Notes under the pieces: model-generated | What the model was told of the DNA's origin: nothing | Database searches by the model: none | What the model saw: only the letters and a program-made list of their open reading frames with translations | Shown here: positions 41,275 through 55,102 of the stretch, piece after piece | Layout: each line of letters starts with the position of its first letter | How positions within the stretch are numbered: position 1 is the first letter of the stretch | Source of the DNA: Amoebidium appalachense | Taxonomy: Eukaryota > Protista > Ichthyosporea | Direction of reading: 5' to 3' | DNA: 64,000 bases | NCBI GenBank assembly: GCA_963693365.1 | Contig: CAVNZM010000010.1 | Location: 2,790,001 to 2,854,000 of the forward strand | Position numbers and translations under genes: made by a program

Positions 41275-44200
41275 CATGTGCAACGTACACAAACAGCCTG
41301 GGCAGGGGTGTGTGGGTATCATAGGGGTGGGGGGGGGGGGCGGCTGGAGACCCCCCAAAAAAAATTCGAATATTTAAAATCCGGCTCCATGGGTTGATAG
41401 AGCTCGACGAGCTGAGCATTTTGAGGGGTCATTTGGGGGGTGTGCAATGTATACCTGCCTAGTTCATGAGGGTCAAAAATTTTTCCCATTTTTTGGCCAA
41501 TTAGTAAACTTTGCGCCCCCTTTTTTTGAAAACGGAAACATTTTCTGAAAAAGTAATCCATACATTCGAAAGTACTCACCAAGACCTTTCATTTGCACCC
41601 ATAATTTCCGAAAAATAATGTCGGGGGGTCCCATTCATGGCGGTCGAAAATCTCGGGATTTGTATAGACGTATAGAGGCTGTGCACCATAGACATATGAT
41701 CCCAATCATTAGCCTCCACATCAACCATTTTGCCAAAGGACTTCTGAAACACTGCATGCACACGTTCAGAGATGGCATTTGCCTGAGGGTGATATGCAGA
41801 CGTAGTGATATGTCAGTGAGCTACCCTTAAAATTTTACACACCTCCGACACCAACTGATTTAAAAACACACGACTCCTATCCGTTAACAAAACACGAGGA
41901 CAACCAAACCTAAGACAAATTTCATCCACAAAAATATGAGCAAACAAAACGGCATTAGCAGTGGGGAGAGGAAAAACTTCAACCCAACGAGTGGCCACAT
42001 CGGTGACGGTAACAAGAACAGTGTTACCCTCAACCGTAGGATCAAAAGGACCAACCACATCCACTGCTACTCGTTCAAACATACGAACATTAAAATCCCT
42101 AATAAACGACAGGCGGGAACGAGAGTGGGGACTCTCATTCCTTTCCTGACAATGCATGCATGACAACACATAATCCCTCACCTCCCGACTCATACCCGGC
42201 CAAAAATACGAACGATTAACACGAAGCAACGTCCTATTTACACCTAAATGGCCAGCCATGGGATGCTCTTGCACCATATGCAAAACCTCAGGCACAAGTG
42301 CCGTCGGGACCCAAACTCGGTGTCCGTCTGGCCCAGAACAATGATAAATTAAATCCTGCTCTACCTGACACATGTTTGCTAACTTAGCTACCTTCATCAT
42401 CTGCCTTTTATTTTTAAATTTAATCGAATCAACCGGCCCCTTTAAATAATCTTAACCAGACCAATCAACACATCTTCCTCCTGAGCTAAGATCAAAGCCG
42501 TAGGTGCTAAGGCAGGGGCCGAGCCATGAGACTCGGTCCTGACCTCAGACACTGACAAATACCTCCCCCCCCCTCCCCGACACTTATAAGCAAGCAACCC
42601 CGGAGCCCAAGAAGACACATCAACATACACAGCCTCTATTCCTTTCTGCTCACTCTCCCCCCCCCTTCCCCCCTCCCCCCCCCCGTCTCTCACTAGCCCC
42701 CCCTCCCCCTCCTTCTCTTCTTCAAACAAAATATAAGCAGCACGAGAGAGAGCATCACAGTCAACCATTGTTTCACCCTTGGCATAAAACAATTTATAGG
42801 AGAACTCACCGACTCGGAGAGCCGCGGCCCACTTCTGCATCCTCTCGCTGACCAGACGAGTGGTGCCAGCCATGGCTAGGCAGGGCTTGTGGTTGGTGTA
42901 GACCTCGAACGACCTGCCTGCGAGTATATACCTCCATGCCTGTGAGACTGCCCAAAAGATAGCATGGGACTCTCTCTCCGGATTGCTATATCTACGTTCA
43001 CTTTTACTAAACGAACGACTAGCATAAGCAATCACTCTATCCTGCCCCTCCTGCACTTGATATAACACTGCCCCCTCAGCAACCTTACTTGCATCACAGC
43101 GAACTTTAAACATCCCCCCCCCGGCCGAAAAATCAGGATGAACAAGCATACTCGAAGACTGCAAAGCTAACTTAAGCTTTTCGAAAGCAGAAACAGAATC
43201 AACACACCAATCTATTCTATTCTTCTTCTCCCCCCTGTCTGACTAGTTAACGGCAAAGCAAGCATACTATAATCCTTAATATAACGACGAAGATAATTAG
43301 TTAAACCTAAAAATTGCCTTAGTTGAGTGACAGTCTGAGGACGGGGCCACTGGCAACTATGGCCCGGATTTTCTCCGGATCAGGGGAAAGACCATTACTA
43401 GACACGATATGAAATAAAAACTTAACCTCCGGCACACCAATCACAGTCTTGCTACCGCTAATACGAAGACCAGACTCCCCCCAAGCTAAATATACTTTTT
43501 CACAATTATTAACTAACTCCTCAAACGACCTACCTTTAATTAAAACATCATCCAAATAAGGGTGGCATACATCCAAATGAGGGTGGAGAATTTTATACAT
43601 TACCCGGCACAACATAGCTGGAGAGGAGAGCAAACCCATCGGCACCACCTTGTACTGGAACAGCTGGTCCCCCAGTGCAAAGGCAGCCTTCTCCTTGCTG
43701 CTCTCCTCCAACCTTATCTGCCAAAAAGCTGCTTTTAAATCAAGTTTAGCAAAGTGAGTATAGCCGTGCAGCTATGAAAGCTGCTTGTCTATGTTAGGGA
43801 GAGGCCATTGGTCTGCCTTTGTGACCCGATTCAGAGCCCTGTAATTGTTCACTAGACGCCAAGACCCGTCGGGCTTCTTAACCAATAGCACCGGACTTCT
43901 CCACGGACTCGAACTATGCTCCACATGACCCTTTTTTAACATATCACTCACTATAATGAGCGCATCCGACAATTTATAATATACTGCTCCATTCTATAGC
44001 TAGGCATAACTACCGGCCTATTATCACCTGTGTCGATCTGCATTTCAAACCCTATAACGAAGCCTACTTCGTTATCATCGGCCAGAAATGCAAACCGAGT
44101 CCTATCAAATAACTTTGCTAATAAATTTTTCTGCTCCACCGTCCAATCCCCCTCCTTCATACCAAACGGCAATACTGACTCCGGGTTACCCCCATCACAA

Positions 44201-45297
44201 GTGGATGCATCCTTATTCAGTTCACCGGAGTGCCACTTAACATTTCACCTCCTGTATTACATCGGTGCTGCACGGGGTGAGTTTGAGGTACCTCCGGATA
44301 TGGGCGGTCACCATTAGCACCCCCCCCTCCCCCCGGCACACCAATGCCCCCGGGCCGGGCAATTCCTGATGAGCTAGTGCATGTATGTGGGGGGCCAGGT
44401 CTGTGGCCACCCTGCCCCCCACGGTGTTGGTTAACCCGTCAGATCCACGGGTTAGACCAACACCCTCCCCCCCTGCCTGCACATTCTCACACCCAGGGTG
44501 ACCCTCCTTCCTCTTGGGGGTCGGGGGAGTGGGACCGGTGCTGTCCCGGTCCCCCCCCCCATCGTGTCGGGTGACATTTTGGTGGCTAACGTTAAATAAA
44601 GTTGTTCCCCCTCCTCCTGAGTCACCCTTCGAGCCGGCATCCTCCTTTTGGGTAATAAGAGAGACCTCTATACTACCAATTTCATTAGTGGAACTACCGA
44701 CGGAAACACCTGACCTAATCACTATAGGCTCGATGCCCTGATTCACTAATTCTATTTCTATCGTCTTATCCGGCCATACCCTACTAAGGGTCCATTCAGT
44801 TGAGCCACCTCCTGAAATGGGGTTGTCGGAGTAAAAACCCCTAAATCCCCTATCCTAACATGATTGCCGGCCCGGACACGTACCGTTTGGCACTGATAAG
44901 GCTCGATTACTACTTCAGCTACCTTTCTAGCACCTGACTGATAACCGTCGAGCCCATCATGGGTTTTAATTTTAACGCCGGACTGCAATTCTAAAACATT
45001 CGTACGTTCAAACAAAGCATTGAATACATGTCTACAGAAAAATGGGGCTCCCAACAAAACACTTTGAGCTAGATCCTTAACCACATAACAAGCAATATGC
45101 ATAGCCTGGCCACCTATCTCACACGGCAACACACAAACACCTTCCACAGACATACTACTATTATTGGCACTACCTAAGGCCGTGCTAGAAGCATCTAAAA
45201 TAGGAATCTCCCCCCCGGCCTGATTAAAACGACGAATAAATGAAGCATGCACACAATTAACCTGAGCCCCTCCATCGAGCAAAGCAACAGCCTTCAA
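39748..45297 (-). pseudogene. pol: Gypsy pol: protease, RT, RNase H, integrase, chromodomain (disrupted)
   Basis: Protease ALLDGGA; RT SPVLLVKKPDGSWRLVNNYRALN, PMGL, YLDD; RNase H CDAS..IAYASR..YS..ERE; integrase HHCC, VAVDVVGP, LLTD, SAYHPQAN..ER, GPYKI; chromodomain VDKIMDKK..YYLIRCEG..EDQWLPE. Confidence 0.92.
40578..41690. mobile_element. Non-autonomous TA-flanked DNA transposon (Tc1/mariner-like) inserted in the Gypsy integrase
   Basis: Imperfect ~28-bp TIRs starting TGGTGCACAGCC at 40580 and ending at 41688. TA at 40578-79 and 41689-90. Removing the element and one TA restores the integrase frame DWDHMSRLIAHSYNSTPH. Confidence 0.85.
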
Positions 45298-46049
45298 CTT
45301 ACCATCAGCTAACCATACTGTCTATATAATGCCGGCTAAAACCAACTAAATCTTCCTCCAATTCGAGCAACACATCATCACTCACACCCAGACCCTGCCC
45401 ACGAAGACTCACACCCTCGATACCTACGTGCAACATACCTACCTGTGGTGCCTGCACGGGTGGGGTGGGGTGTGTATGTGACGTGGGTGGTGGTGGAGTG
45501 TGTGTGTGTGGTGTGTGGGTGGGTGGTGTGTGTGTGTTTGGTGTATGTGTGGGTGTGTGTGTGGGTGTAGGTGTGTCTGCAACCGTCGTATGTTGTGGTG
45601 GTGGTGTGTTTCTACGTGTCTGTGCCTGAGGCTTCCCCCCCCTTCCCCCTTTACTCGTGTGTATCCCCCCCCCCTCCCGGGAACAATGGCACAGAAACCC
45701 CCTCCGGTGTGGTTAGAACAAACACCGGGTTGGGACAAGAAACACTGAGACCATCCACTGGTGGCTGGGGAACCTCCCCCAACCACAAAACATTCACACC
45801 ATTCCAGTCATACCTTTGGTAGAATCACCCCACAAACATTCATGCCATACCACCTCGACGCTGTCTTGAGGACCCACGACGATGCCCGGCTCCCACACGT
45901 ATCGGGGTGGTGAGGGGGCAAAGGGAAGCTTAACCTGGGGTGGGGGAGGGTGAAGGTTCTCTGCAACCTGGGGGGGACCGATACTGTCCCCCCCCCCTCC
46001 CTCAGTGACCCCAGCTTCCCCCTCCCCCGGAACTCAATAGCCCTGGTAA

Positions 46050-47445
46050 CTACGGCAATATGCAGCAGAGTGCCCTTGCCGGCCACAAAAGTAACATGCA
46101 CCAAGAAGGGGCCAGGGGGGACTTCATAACCTTGGCGCAAAGCATAACCGGGAGCCCGGTCATGCTGGGGGAGCCCACCGTGTGCACCACGGCCCCCCCT
46201 TCCCCCCGGCCTCTCTCACCACCAGCACCAAACCCACCACGGCCTCCGTGTCCACCCCTACCACCATGCTCTCCTCCGAACCCACCGCTATGGCCACCAT
46301 GGTCGCCACCATTTCCACCCCCTCCCTCTACCCTGCCCACCACCACGAGCAGGATAAGGGGCAAACCTCTCGGCGAACTGCTGCTGCTGTCCTCCACGTC
46401 CACCGCGCCCACGACCGCCGTGTCCACCCTGGTCGCCGCCACGGCCACCCCAGAAGCCGAAGCCCCCTCGGCCAGAGAAGACGGCCTGGGAGAGCTCGGC
46501 AACCTGCTTGACCAACATTGTGAGTGCATCTGGCTGTTCACCCTCTTTCTCTTCTTTTTCCCCTTTCTTTCCACTCTCCTTCTTTTTCTTATCTACCTCC
46601 ATCACCTCTTTCCTATCCCTCTTATTGAACTTTACCTCGTGCATGGCAAGCAAGTGGCGTTTAACATGCAACACCACCTCATCCACATCATCATGCTCCC
46701 CAAACATGCGTGCAGTGTCTGTATTTACAGAGAGAGCCTTACGAGCAAACTCGAACTTTTCCCTAGCACTCACATCACCAGCTAGCTCACAAAGGTCTTC
46801 AAAGACCCGATATTCCCTTTCAAAGAATGCACGAGCTTCTACGGGGGACATATCTAAAGTGGGGAAGGTATACTTCCATTCCCTTAGCTGGGCCCTGAAC
46901 GTACGGCGCCGGTCGGCCGTCAGGTATCTGTTGACGAGCCTGGCCGTATACTCGAGCTCGTTCTCGGGCCTGGTGAAGGCCTCGAGCTCACCGTCCACGT
47001 CGTCGGTGCTGCTCTCGTCCTCGTCGTCGGAGATGAACCGTGCTGCCAGAAGTTTCTGACCGAGCGTACGGGACACCATCTCGTCTCTCTCCTCGTTGTA
47101 CTGCTGCTCGTAGATACGAGCCGTCACCTGGGGGACCTGCTCGGCCCTGTACGGGTGCTCCTCCATGAGGGTGCACAGGTCGGCCATCGTTTTGTGGTCG
47201 ATGCACTGCTTAATCATTAAGCAGGAGGCCGCCATAGTAGGGGCCTTCTTAGCATCTGTTACTAGTGTGGGTGTGTTTGCTACTAGTGTCCTAAGCCACC
47301 GTGGTATTTCCGAGTCGTGTTTAAGTATGAAGCTAAAAGCTGTGGTTTGTCTGACGTCTAGTGTGTGGACCTGTGGTATCTGTGTGTGTAGGGAGCTATC
47401 CTCCGCTGCCAACGCGTAGAACATATCTACGTTGAACTTAGCCAT
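46050..47445 (-). pseudogene. gag: Gypsy gag with RGG tract and CCHC zinc knuckle (frameshifted)
   Basis: 385-aa ORF 46288..47445 with an RGG-rich end. Downstream frame gives CYFCGRQGHSAAYC (~46055-46100). Confidence 0.8.
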
Positions 47446-48342
47446 GGTGTTGTGCCCTACTCGCGTGGTTGTGTTTTGTGTTTTTTTTTTCTTTTTTTTT
47501 TTTTTTTTTCGTTGTGTTTCTAAGGTGTAGCAACAGCCCAGAAGGAACTGTCACCGCGTTTACCTAGCGCGAAAAACCGCACTAAAAGAAAAGGTGTAGC
47601 TTGTCGTATCCTAACGTGTATGTATTAAGAGACGCGGCACTCTACTAAGTGTACACACACGGGAAGGAACGAACGTGTACTGAAAAACGGTAAAGTTTAT
47701 TTGGACCAGGCTCCAACGGGCAAACTTAAATCCGAACGGAATCAAGCTAAGTCACAACTGAGGCCACCAAGGCCGTGCCATTACAAGATCATCATCACCT
47801 GGCCCCCTACGATGCCACATTCCATACATTCCGATCTAACTCAATCGTGCGCCTGCACGAGCTAAGTCGATCGGCTCACACTATTATAATTATCTCAGTC
47901 TCACCCCTCTCCCTTCCCCTTGTGGCACCGCAGAGTCTAATTCTACATTTCATACTATCTCCCCCCCCCCCCCCCCCCCTCCCCCCCCCCCTTTCCTCTA
48001 CATCGAAATATATAAATACGTTTGGCAGCATATACTATCAAAACTTGCCAATATTTACAAAGGGCTTCTGCCCGAACTTATCACATTCCAAAGTCCTCCT
48101 ATGATCTATCCTACACACTAATTAGAATTCTATTGGTTGGCTGCCCCGGCTGACGTGGTCCTGCCCTGCGCCGGCAGAGACAAGATGCACGCAGCCGTAC
48201 AGCTATCTTGAGGCCCCGGACTTGATCTTGATGATCTGTGGACCCGGGCCACCCCCCCCCCCCCCCCCCACCCCGATCTCGATCGTAGACTTAGGCTGAT
48301 CTGCTGAGACGGATTAGTATATGTCATGCATGTCTTGACAGC

Positions 48343-48419
<77 letters not shown>

Positions 48420-48556
48420 ACATGCACACGCGGACACACCTGCATGCCTGCCACACATGCTTGCCTGCATGCACGTCATCTTGCTTATATCATGCCATTG
48501 GCCATGCCCACAGAACACCATATACTCACTCACTCACTACACGTTTGGGAAGGTAT

Positions 48557-48610
<54 letters not shown>

Positions 48611-49801
48611 TCAGTCACTTTAATACACATATCATACATACACGTGGACAAGCACACAAGCCACGGACTGTGATAGCAATCGAAGTTTGAAGTGTTGATT
48701 GAGACCAACACAAGGAGTGGTAGGTGTGGGGGATGAAGGTAAAAAATAGGTTTTTGTTTTGTTTTTTTTGTTTTTTTTGGGGGGGGGGGAGGGGGGGGGG
48801 GGGGGGAGATTCCTCACTGAAAGTAGGCTATTGTGGGGTGGGTCGTTTGTGTGTGTAACCAGTTCCGGGAATTTGAGACCCCATATCCAGATGTGTGTAA
48901 CAGTGTGTAACGATGGGGTGGTTACGGGCGTATCTGTGCACGGCGACATGGGGGATAGATAAGGAGGCCTTGCATGGGAGGGGTTAGCCACGGACCCACG
49001 GGCCACGGTCCAAGTTTTCTGTTGTCTGATTGGTTGACTTGAGCCCGGCATGTAACCAATCAAGATCTCTGCAATGTCATGCAAAATTAATTTTTGGCGG
49101 GAGATTTGGTGATATTGCAAGCGGCTCCCAGCAAATAGAAAACGTGAAAACGGCATACCGTACCTAGGGCTTGTTGCTGCATATATGCACGCCCTTGCGT
49201 TGCTGGGCCTAAACACCCCATATCAACTGCGGAAAATAGACTCTCTCGCCATGATACCAGCTTCGGAATCGGAATCTCCTTTAACTTGGGAGTGTTCATT
49301 CATTGATTTTTACTATATTTAAGACAATGTTAACGTGCAGTCTTACGTCTGTAACGAAATTTTACTTGGCCTAAATTCCTACACTGGAAAATACGTAATT
49401 TCTCTGTTTCACACATAAGACTCGCCCCATACATACTATACATATATAGCTAAGTTTTGGGGGATCGGGGGGGACGGGGGGTGGAGGAGAGGGGGACACC
49501 GCCACTAAAGTGACAGCCTGAAGGGAGAGTGCACGTGTGTGGTAGTGGGGTTTTTTTTGTTTTTGTTTTTTTAGGGGGGGGGGAGGGGGTTAACTTAAGG
49601 AGGATGGGACACCTGGGGATTCCGCCCCTAAATCTTACCCAGTTCATCCCCACACAACCGCCAAATTTCATGATTTCATGTGATCACGCTGTCCACAGCC
49701 TTTCCATCTCCCCCTCCCCCCTTCCCCGGGTCCCTTTCAGATGGGCCACGATGTAGAAACACTTAGATAGTATCCCAGCATCATGATAGATGACTACTAG
49801 C

Positions 49802-52723
49802 GTATACATATAAACTTTTCTTTGAGTTGGGTGGGCAGCGAGCAAAACGTGTTCTCAGAAGAACTTCAAAAAGCCCGCGACCCCGCGAGACACTTCACAG
49901 ACACGCGGCCCACTGGCCAGACAAATACCACAGTGACATTCAGCCAATCACAACACTCCCTCCCCCACAGGCTACACGCACTCCACACCATTGGCTACCG
50001 CCACCTCAGACACCCCTACAGCACTACAACACGTACACACGTTTACTCACAATACATATAAGCATACACACACGCGAGCAGGCAACATGGGTCTCGCCAA
50101 GCACACAGCAAGAAGCAATACAACATATAACATGAAGAGTACGCAGAGGCATGGAGCATGCACGCGCGCACCAAACAATCAGCCGCCGCTGCATCAGATT
50201 CTCCCCATACCACTGAATGATCTCCCCATACCCCACTTAGACCCCAGAATCACTATGCAAGAAAACCCCCGAAATTCACTCACCAAAACACAAAATATAG
50301 AAGCAAACTAATACGAATCAGCTCAGCACATGACAACCCCTCCCTCGCACAGAAAATAACTGAGTTCCACCTCAGTAAAAGCTACCTAAAAACAAAATAA
50401 AGTTATGTGCTGAGCGACTACAACTACCGCTACCCATGCAGGAAGCAACATTTAACATCTAACATAAAACATATACATGCATCCACGCACCACCCCACCA
50501 TGGTTAGTACCCAACCCAACTTGAACCGCAAAACAAGGATATGAACCGCCACTGACGTTGCCCTGTAGATGCACCTCTGCCCCCGGGGGCCCGTCCACAA
50601 CCTGCACCCAAAACCCCATGCCCCTGGCACAATGTTCAATTCAGTTATCGAGTGGAGCATAGCAACAGACATGATACCGACGCCATCCATACAACCACAC
50701 TCAGCATGCCCCATCCACAAAGAATTCCAAACAAAACCAAACATGCCGTGACGAACACCTCCAGACTCATGTGACGTACCCCTCCAGGCTCTCTTGCTGG
50801 CCATTCCTCTACCCGACAAAGACTCCTACTACGTAGGTCCCGGTGGTTTGGGAATGCCTCCGCCCCAACCGTGCCCTACCCAGCGGTGTGTCTAAGGCCT
50901 ACTGCTGCACTGGGCACCACAACACTACTCAACAACACTACGGGCAGCCACTCCAAAGGGCCTCAACACCAGGCCCAGAGCAGCCACTCCAAGGGGCCTC
51001 AGCACCAGGCCCTTCGACAACGGGGGTTCACAACAGTGGGGCCTGCCACTGCCATGACTACACGTCGACCCCCCCCCAGCCCCCTCGTCAGAGGGCCGAG
51101 CTCCCAGACAGCAGCAGGACTTTCTATTCCACTGACCCTAACCACACACGTCGCCAACACAGGACTCATACACACGTCGAAACGCCAGGCACCAGTAGAA
51201 ACTCGTCGAAAAATAACAGCACACAACAGTTACTCCCATACAACAACAACAACCCCGCAAGAGACGGCCTACCCCCTAATAAAACGTTCATACCTGTATC
51301 ACTCCAGCATTGAGGAGCCCACTGTGTTCATGATGAGTGTGGCCATCCTTCGAGGGGTTTGGACGTCCTTCCCCTCAGTGGCCTCTGCTGGGCAAACGGC
51401 CCTGAGCTTGCTAAGCCACCTAGGGAGGTCAAGGTCCTTAGCGAGGACTAAGTCCCCTGTGATACTAGTCCTACTGCTCATGTTGCCTATGCCAACTGTT
51501 GCTAGCTGTAGCTGTGTGTGTGCGTATGTTTCTTCTACCTCTAACCGTCGAAAAAGTCCTAAGTCAAAACCACTCATAACCGCTAGTCGTGAAAAAAAAA
51601 AAACTCGGGGTGAAAGCAACAGCCCAGAAGGACTAACAGTGCGTGTGCCCCCTCCCTGCAAAAAACTGCAGAGAAAGGGGGGTGCAGCTTGTCGTAGCAC
51701 GTCCTAGCGTGTATACGAACTACTCTAACTAACTGCACGCTTAAAGGGGCTTGAAACTGTGTATACGTATAAACTTTTCTTTGAGTTGGGTGGGAAGCGA
51801 GCAAAACGTGTTCTCAGAAGAACTTCGAAAAGCCCGCGACCCCGCGAGACACTTCACAGACACGCGGCCCACTGGCCAGACAAATACCACAGTGACATCC
51901 AGCCAATCACAACACTCCCTCCCCCACAGGCTACACGCACTCCACACCATTGGCTACCGCCACCTCAGACACCCCTACAGCACTACAACACGTACACACG
52001 TTTACTCACAATACATATAAGCATACACAGACGCGAGCAGGCAACATGGGTCTCGCCAAGCACACAGCAAGAAGCAATACAACATATAACATGAAGAGTA
52101 CGCAGAGGCATGGAGCATGCACGCGCGCACCAAACAATCAGCCGCCGCTGCATCAGATTCTCCCCATACCACTGAATGATCTCCCCATACCCCACTTAGA
52201 CCCCGGAATCACTATGCAAGAAAACCCCCGAAATTCACTCACCAAAACACAAAATATAGAAGCAAACTAATACAAATCAGCTCAGCACATGACAACTCCC
52301 CCCTCGCACAGAAAATAACTGAGTTCCACCTCAGTAAAAACTACCTAAAAACAAAATAAAGCTATGTGCTGAGCGATTACAACTACCGCTACCCATGCAG
52401 GAAGCAACATTTAACATATAACATAAAACATATACATGCATCCACGCACCACCCCACCATGGTTAGTACCCAACCCAACCCCAAAACAAGGATATGAACC
52501 GTCACTGACGTTGCTCTGTAGATGCACCTCTGCCCCCGTCCACAACCTGCACCCAAAACCCCATGCCCCTGGCACAATATTATATTGAGTGGAACATAGC
52601 AACAGACATGATACCAGACGCCATCCATACAACCACACTCAGCATGCCCCATCCACAAATAATTCACTCACCAAAACACAAAATATAGAAGCAAACTAAT
52701 ACGAATGAGCTCAGCACATGACA
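49802..52723 (-). mobile_element. Tandem non-autonomous LTR-like element (1959-bp period) with gag stub
   Basis: 49802-50725 is repeated at 51761-52660. TGTCATG starts at 50335, 52294 and 52723; the first two are preceded by the purine tract gcgagggaggggt / gcgaggggggagt. A gag stub lies between the copies. Confidence 0.7.
51299..51577 (-). pseudogene. Truncated gag N-terminus homologous to the neighbouring Gypsy gag
   Basis: MSGFDLGLFRRL..EETYAHTQL..LAKDLDLPRWLSKL vs MAKFNVDMFYAL..EDSSLHTQI..LKHDSEIPRWLRTL. Both elements share the leader motif gcaacagcccagaagga. Confidence 0.7.
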
Positions 52724-52928
52724 GTATTCGGGTTCAATTTTTTGACCCAAATGTGTCGGCCATACAGTATACAGAGGAAAGTCTTATGGGTTCATATTTG
52801 GAATCCAGGATGCCACGGTTGTTGGGCCTAGGAATTGTTCAACTTTGACTGTTCAACAACTGAATGTGGCTGAGGAATTCCTGGCGGGAGGGATGCCGGG
52901 AAAATGAACTTCTTGAACACACTGGGTT

Positions 52929-53138
52929 GGAACTTCATTCACGTTTACAAGAGACAGGCCGCCGTGGGAACTACACAAATTTAAGGAGAGTGAGACAAGA
53001 CAGGCCGCCGTGGGAACTACACAAATTTAAGGAGCCTGACACAAGACATGCCGCCGTGGGAATTACACAAATTTAAGGAGCCTAAAACAAGACAGGCCGC
53101 CGTGGGAACTTCATTCACGAATAGAAGAGACAGGCCAC
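52929..53138 (+). repeat. 46-nt tandem repeat acaagacaggccgccgtgggaactacacaaatttaaggag+N6, ~4 copies
   Basis: Directly visible; bracketed by two copies of ggaacttcattcacg..aagagacaggcc. Confidence 0.88.
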
Positions 53139-54167
53139 TGCCAGTGTGACAATGAGGAAAAGACACATTGCCATTGGAATTTCAGTAGGGCTAGTCACGG
53201 TGTACATTACACAGATCTGGCAAATTGATTGGCTCAAAGCAGATCCAAAAGATCCAGTCGTGACACAAGCAAGGAAGGCGATTGGTTCCCAAAGTCGGCG
53301 CATTCCGAGCGTTCAGGCGATTCATTCATGTACATTTTATGCATGCCCTGAAGGGCAGCACGTGAATATTAAGTTCTTATGCCAACGTCGTCTTTACCAG
53401 CCCCAGCAAGGGGATACATGAGCCCGGTGCCTGTGGATCAATCTCACAAGCAGGCACAGGTGTGCTCCACAGGAGCAATGAAAAGAATGACAAATGTCAT
53501 ACAGAAACATGCTCAAAAAACGTAGCCTAGTGCCTAAATAGGCAAAGGGTGTGGTGGGTGGGCAAAAACTTAGCTAAAAAATTGGGCCTAAAGAGACCTA
53601 AACGCGCTCAGTAGCGCCGCAACTGACCTCCCTGGGGCCGCGCAAGCTCATTATATAGCGCGGCCCACATTTTTGCCAATGGAAATATGAAGAAATGACT
53701 TAGAACCTATCAAATCCATGAAATCTACCAAAATGGAATTTTTGCTGCACATCAACCAATGAAAAATTTTCACAAGTGGCTAAAACCCCTAGATCATAAA
53801 GACCAAATCGATTGCCGCCCATTTCGGACTAGATATAACTCAAACTCATCAATATATCCATATGGCATATCCCACAGAACATAACAACAGCTACAGCTCC
53901 CTAAATAAAAATGCTAGCAGCCTGAACCTTTGCACACACATCAAACACACCATGGCCTACAACATTATACTACCACGAAGTTTACAGCACACTCGCAACA
54001 CACAATTTCATTCCAACGGGGCTATCTAATTCTCCTGCAAAGAAAACACGTTTACAAACTTAATATTCTTATGCCAACGTCGTCTTTACCAGCCCCAGCA
54101 AATGGATACATGAGCCGGTGCCTGTGGATCAATCTCACAAGCAGGCACAGGTGTGCTCCACCACTCC

Positions 54168-55102
54168 CTACCTGGCACGGGAAGGAACGAACCATGCCGT
54201 GGGTGACTGACGCAGCGCTGCAGCCCGGGCAAGGAGCGACGCAGGCACGCGAATAGAAAGAACAAGAGACTGGCCGGCCTGCACATACCGGCGGAGGGAG
54301 GCATGCGATCTCCATCGACCACGCAGAGCAATCGTCTCTACTGAAACACCCCTGACATAGTCTCACGAGGCACCACCATGGCGAAGACTGTGAAGATGGA
54401 ACCCATACTCGTTGAGGCCGAGGGAGTCACATGCCGCTTGGAACTTGGCACGCAGAACATCATACGAGAAAGGAAACAGCCGCGCAGAAGGGGGGGCGCC
54501 ACGGAACCAGAAAGACAGGATGGCCAACAGGGACGGATCGGATCGGTGATGGGGACAAACTGATTTGGACCGGTCTTGGTGTCGGCCAGGCGGATGCCGC
54601 CTGTACCGGGTGGCATGTCGTGTGGAACGGGGTCGTCGGGCAATATAAGATCCGCACGGGTGAGCATAAGCAACTCACTGACACGAAAATAACACTCAAA
54701 TCCAAGCAAAACAGCAATACCAAACAAGGGGCCAATTTTGGAATACAAATAATGGCCAATGACGAGGACCAATGAAAACGGAAGCGGGGGCATGGTCATT
54801 GCTGGATCAAGCCGGTTCCAGCCCTGCAGGCTCCGTTGGGCGGCCTGCAGGTGTGGGCCCAGGCGTGGCATGAAATGCTTGATGCCGGCAGCTGTGTTGA
54901 CACAGCGCTGACGCTGGCCACGCGATGGATCAATGGCATAATACTCCTCAAAATACTCCACCAGGAGGTCGTCCAGTTCGGCGGGGGACTTGGTGTCGGT
55001 ACCAGGGGGCAACCAATCCAGGAACTCAACAACAGCATCCCGGTAGGCCTTGAGGGTTGGGAGCTTTATGGCCTGGTCAGCCAGAAAACCGCGAGGGACC
55101 AT
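54168..55102 (-). pseudogene. Tyrosine recombinase of family Y (one frameshift, one premature stop)
   Basis: YFRVSE and TKT, then after a 5-nt duplication (~54536-54545) HSLRHGGAS*, RGRW and LRRY. TGA at 54363-54365; natural stop at 54168-54170. Confidence 0.9.

Larger units (their letters stand above)
39024..48326 (-). mobile_element. Degenerate Ty3/Gypsy chromovirus LTR retrotransposon
   Basis: LTRs at ~47770-48326 and 39024-39416 both begin TGACATATAC on the minus strand; the left one is truncated. PPT at 39417-39432; PBS-like TGGTGGCCTCAG from 47769. Domain order gag-PR-RT-RH-IN-chromodomain with many frameshifts. Confidence 0.95.

Noticed and set aside
52929-53138. CRISPR-like array
   Set aside because: Variable linkers are only ~6 nt, there are no cas genes, and the context is eukaryotic; it is a tandem repeat.
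53365-53375. 11-bp inverted match (aatattaagtt) between the B2 flank and the start of A, suggesting TIRs
   Set aside because: It lies mostly outside the B1/B2 homology, is AT-rich and is seen in one copy only; chance cannot be excluded.
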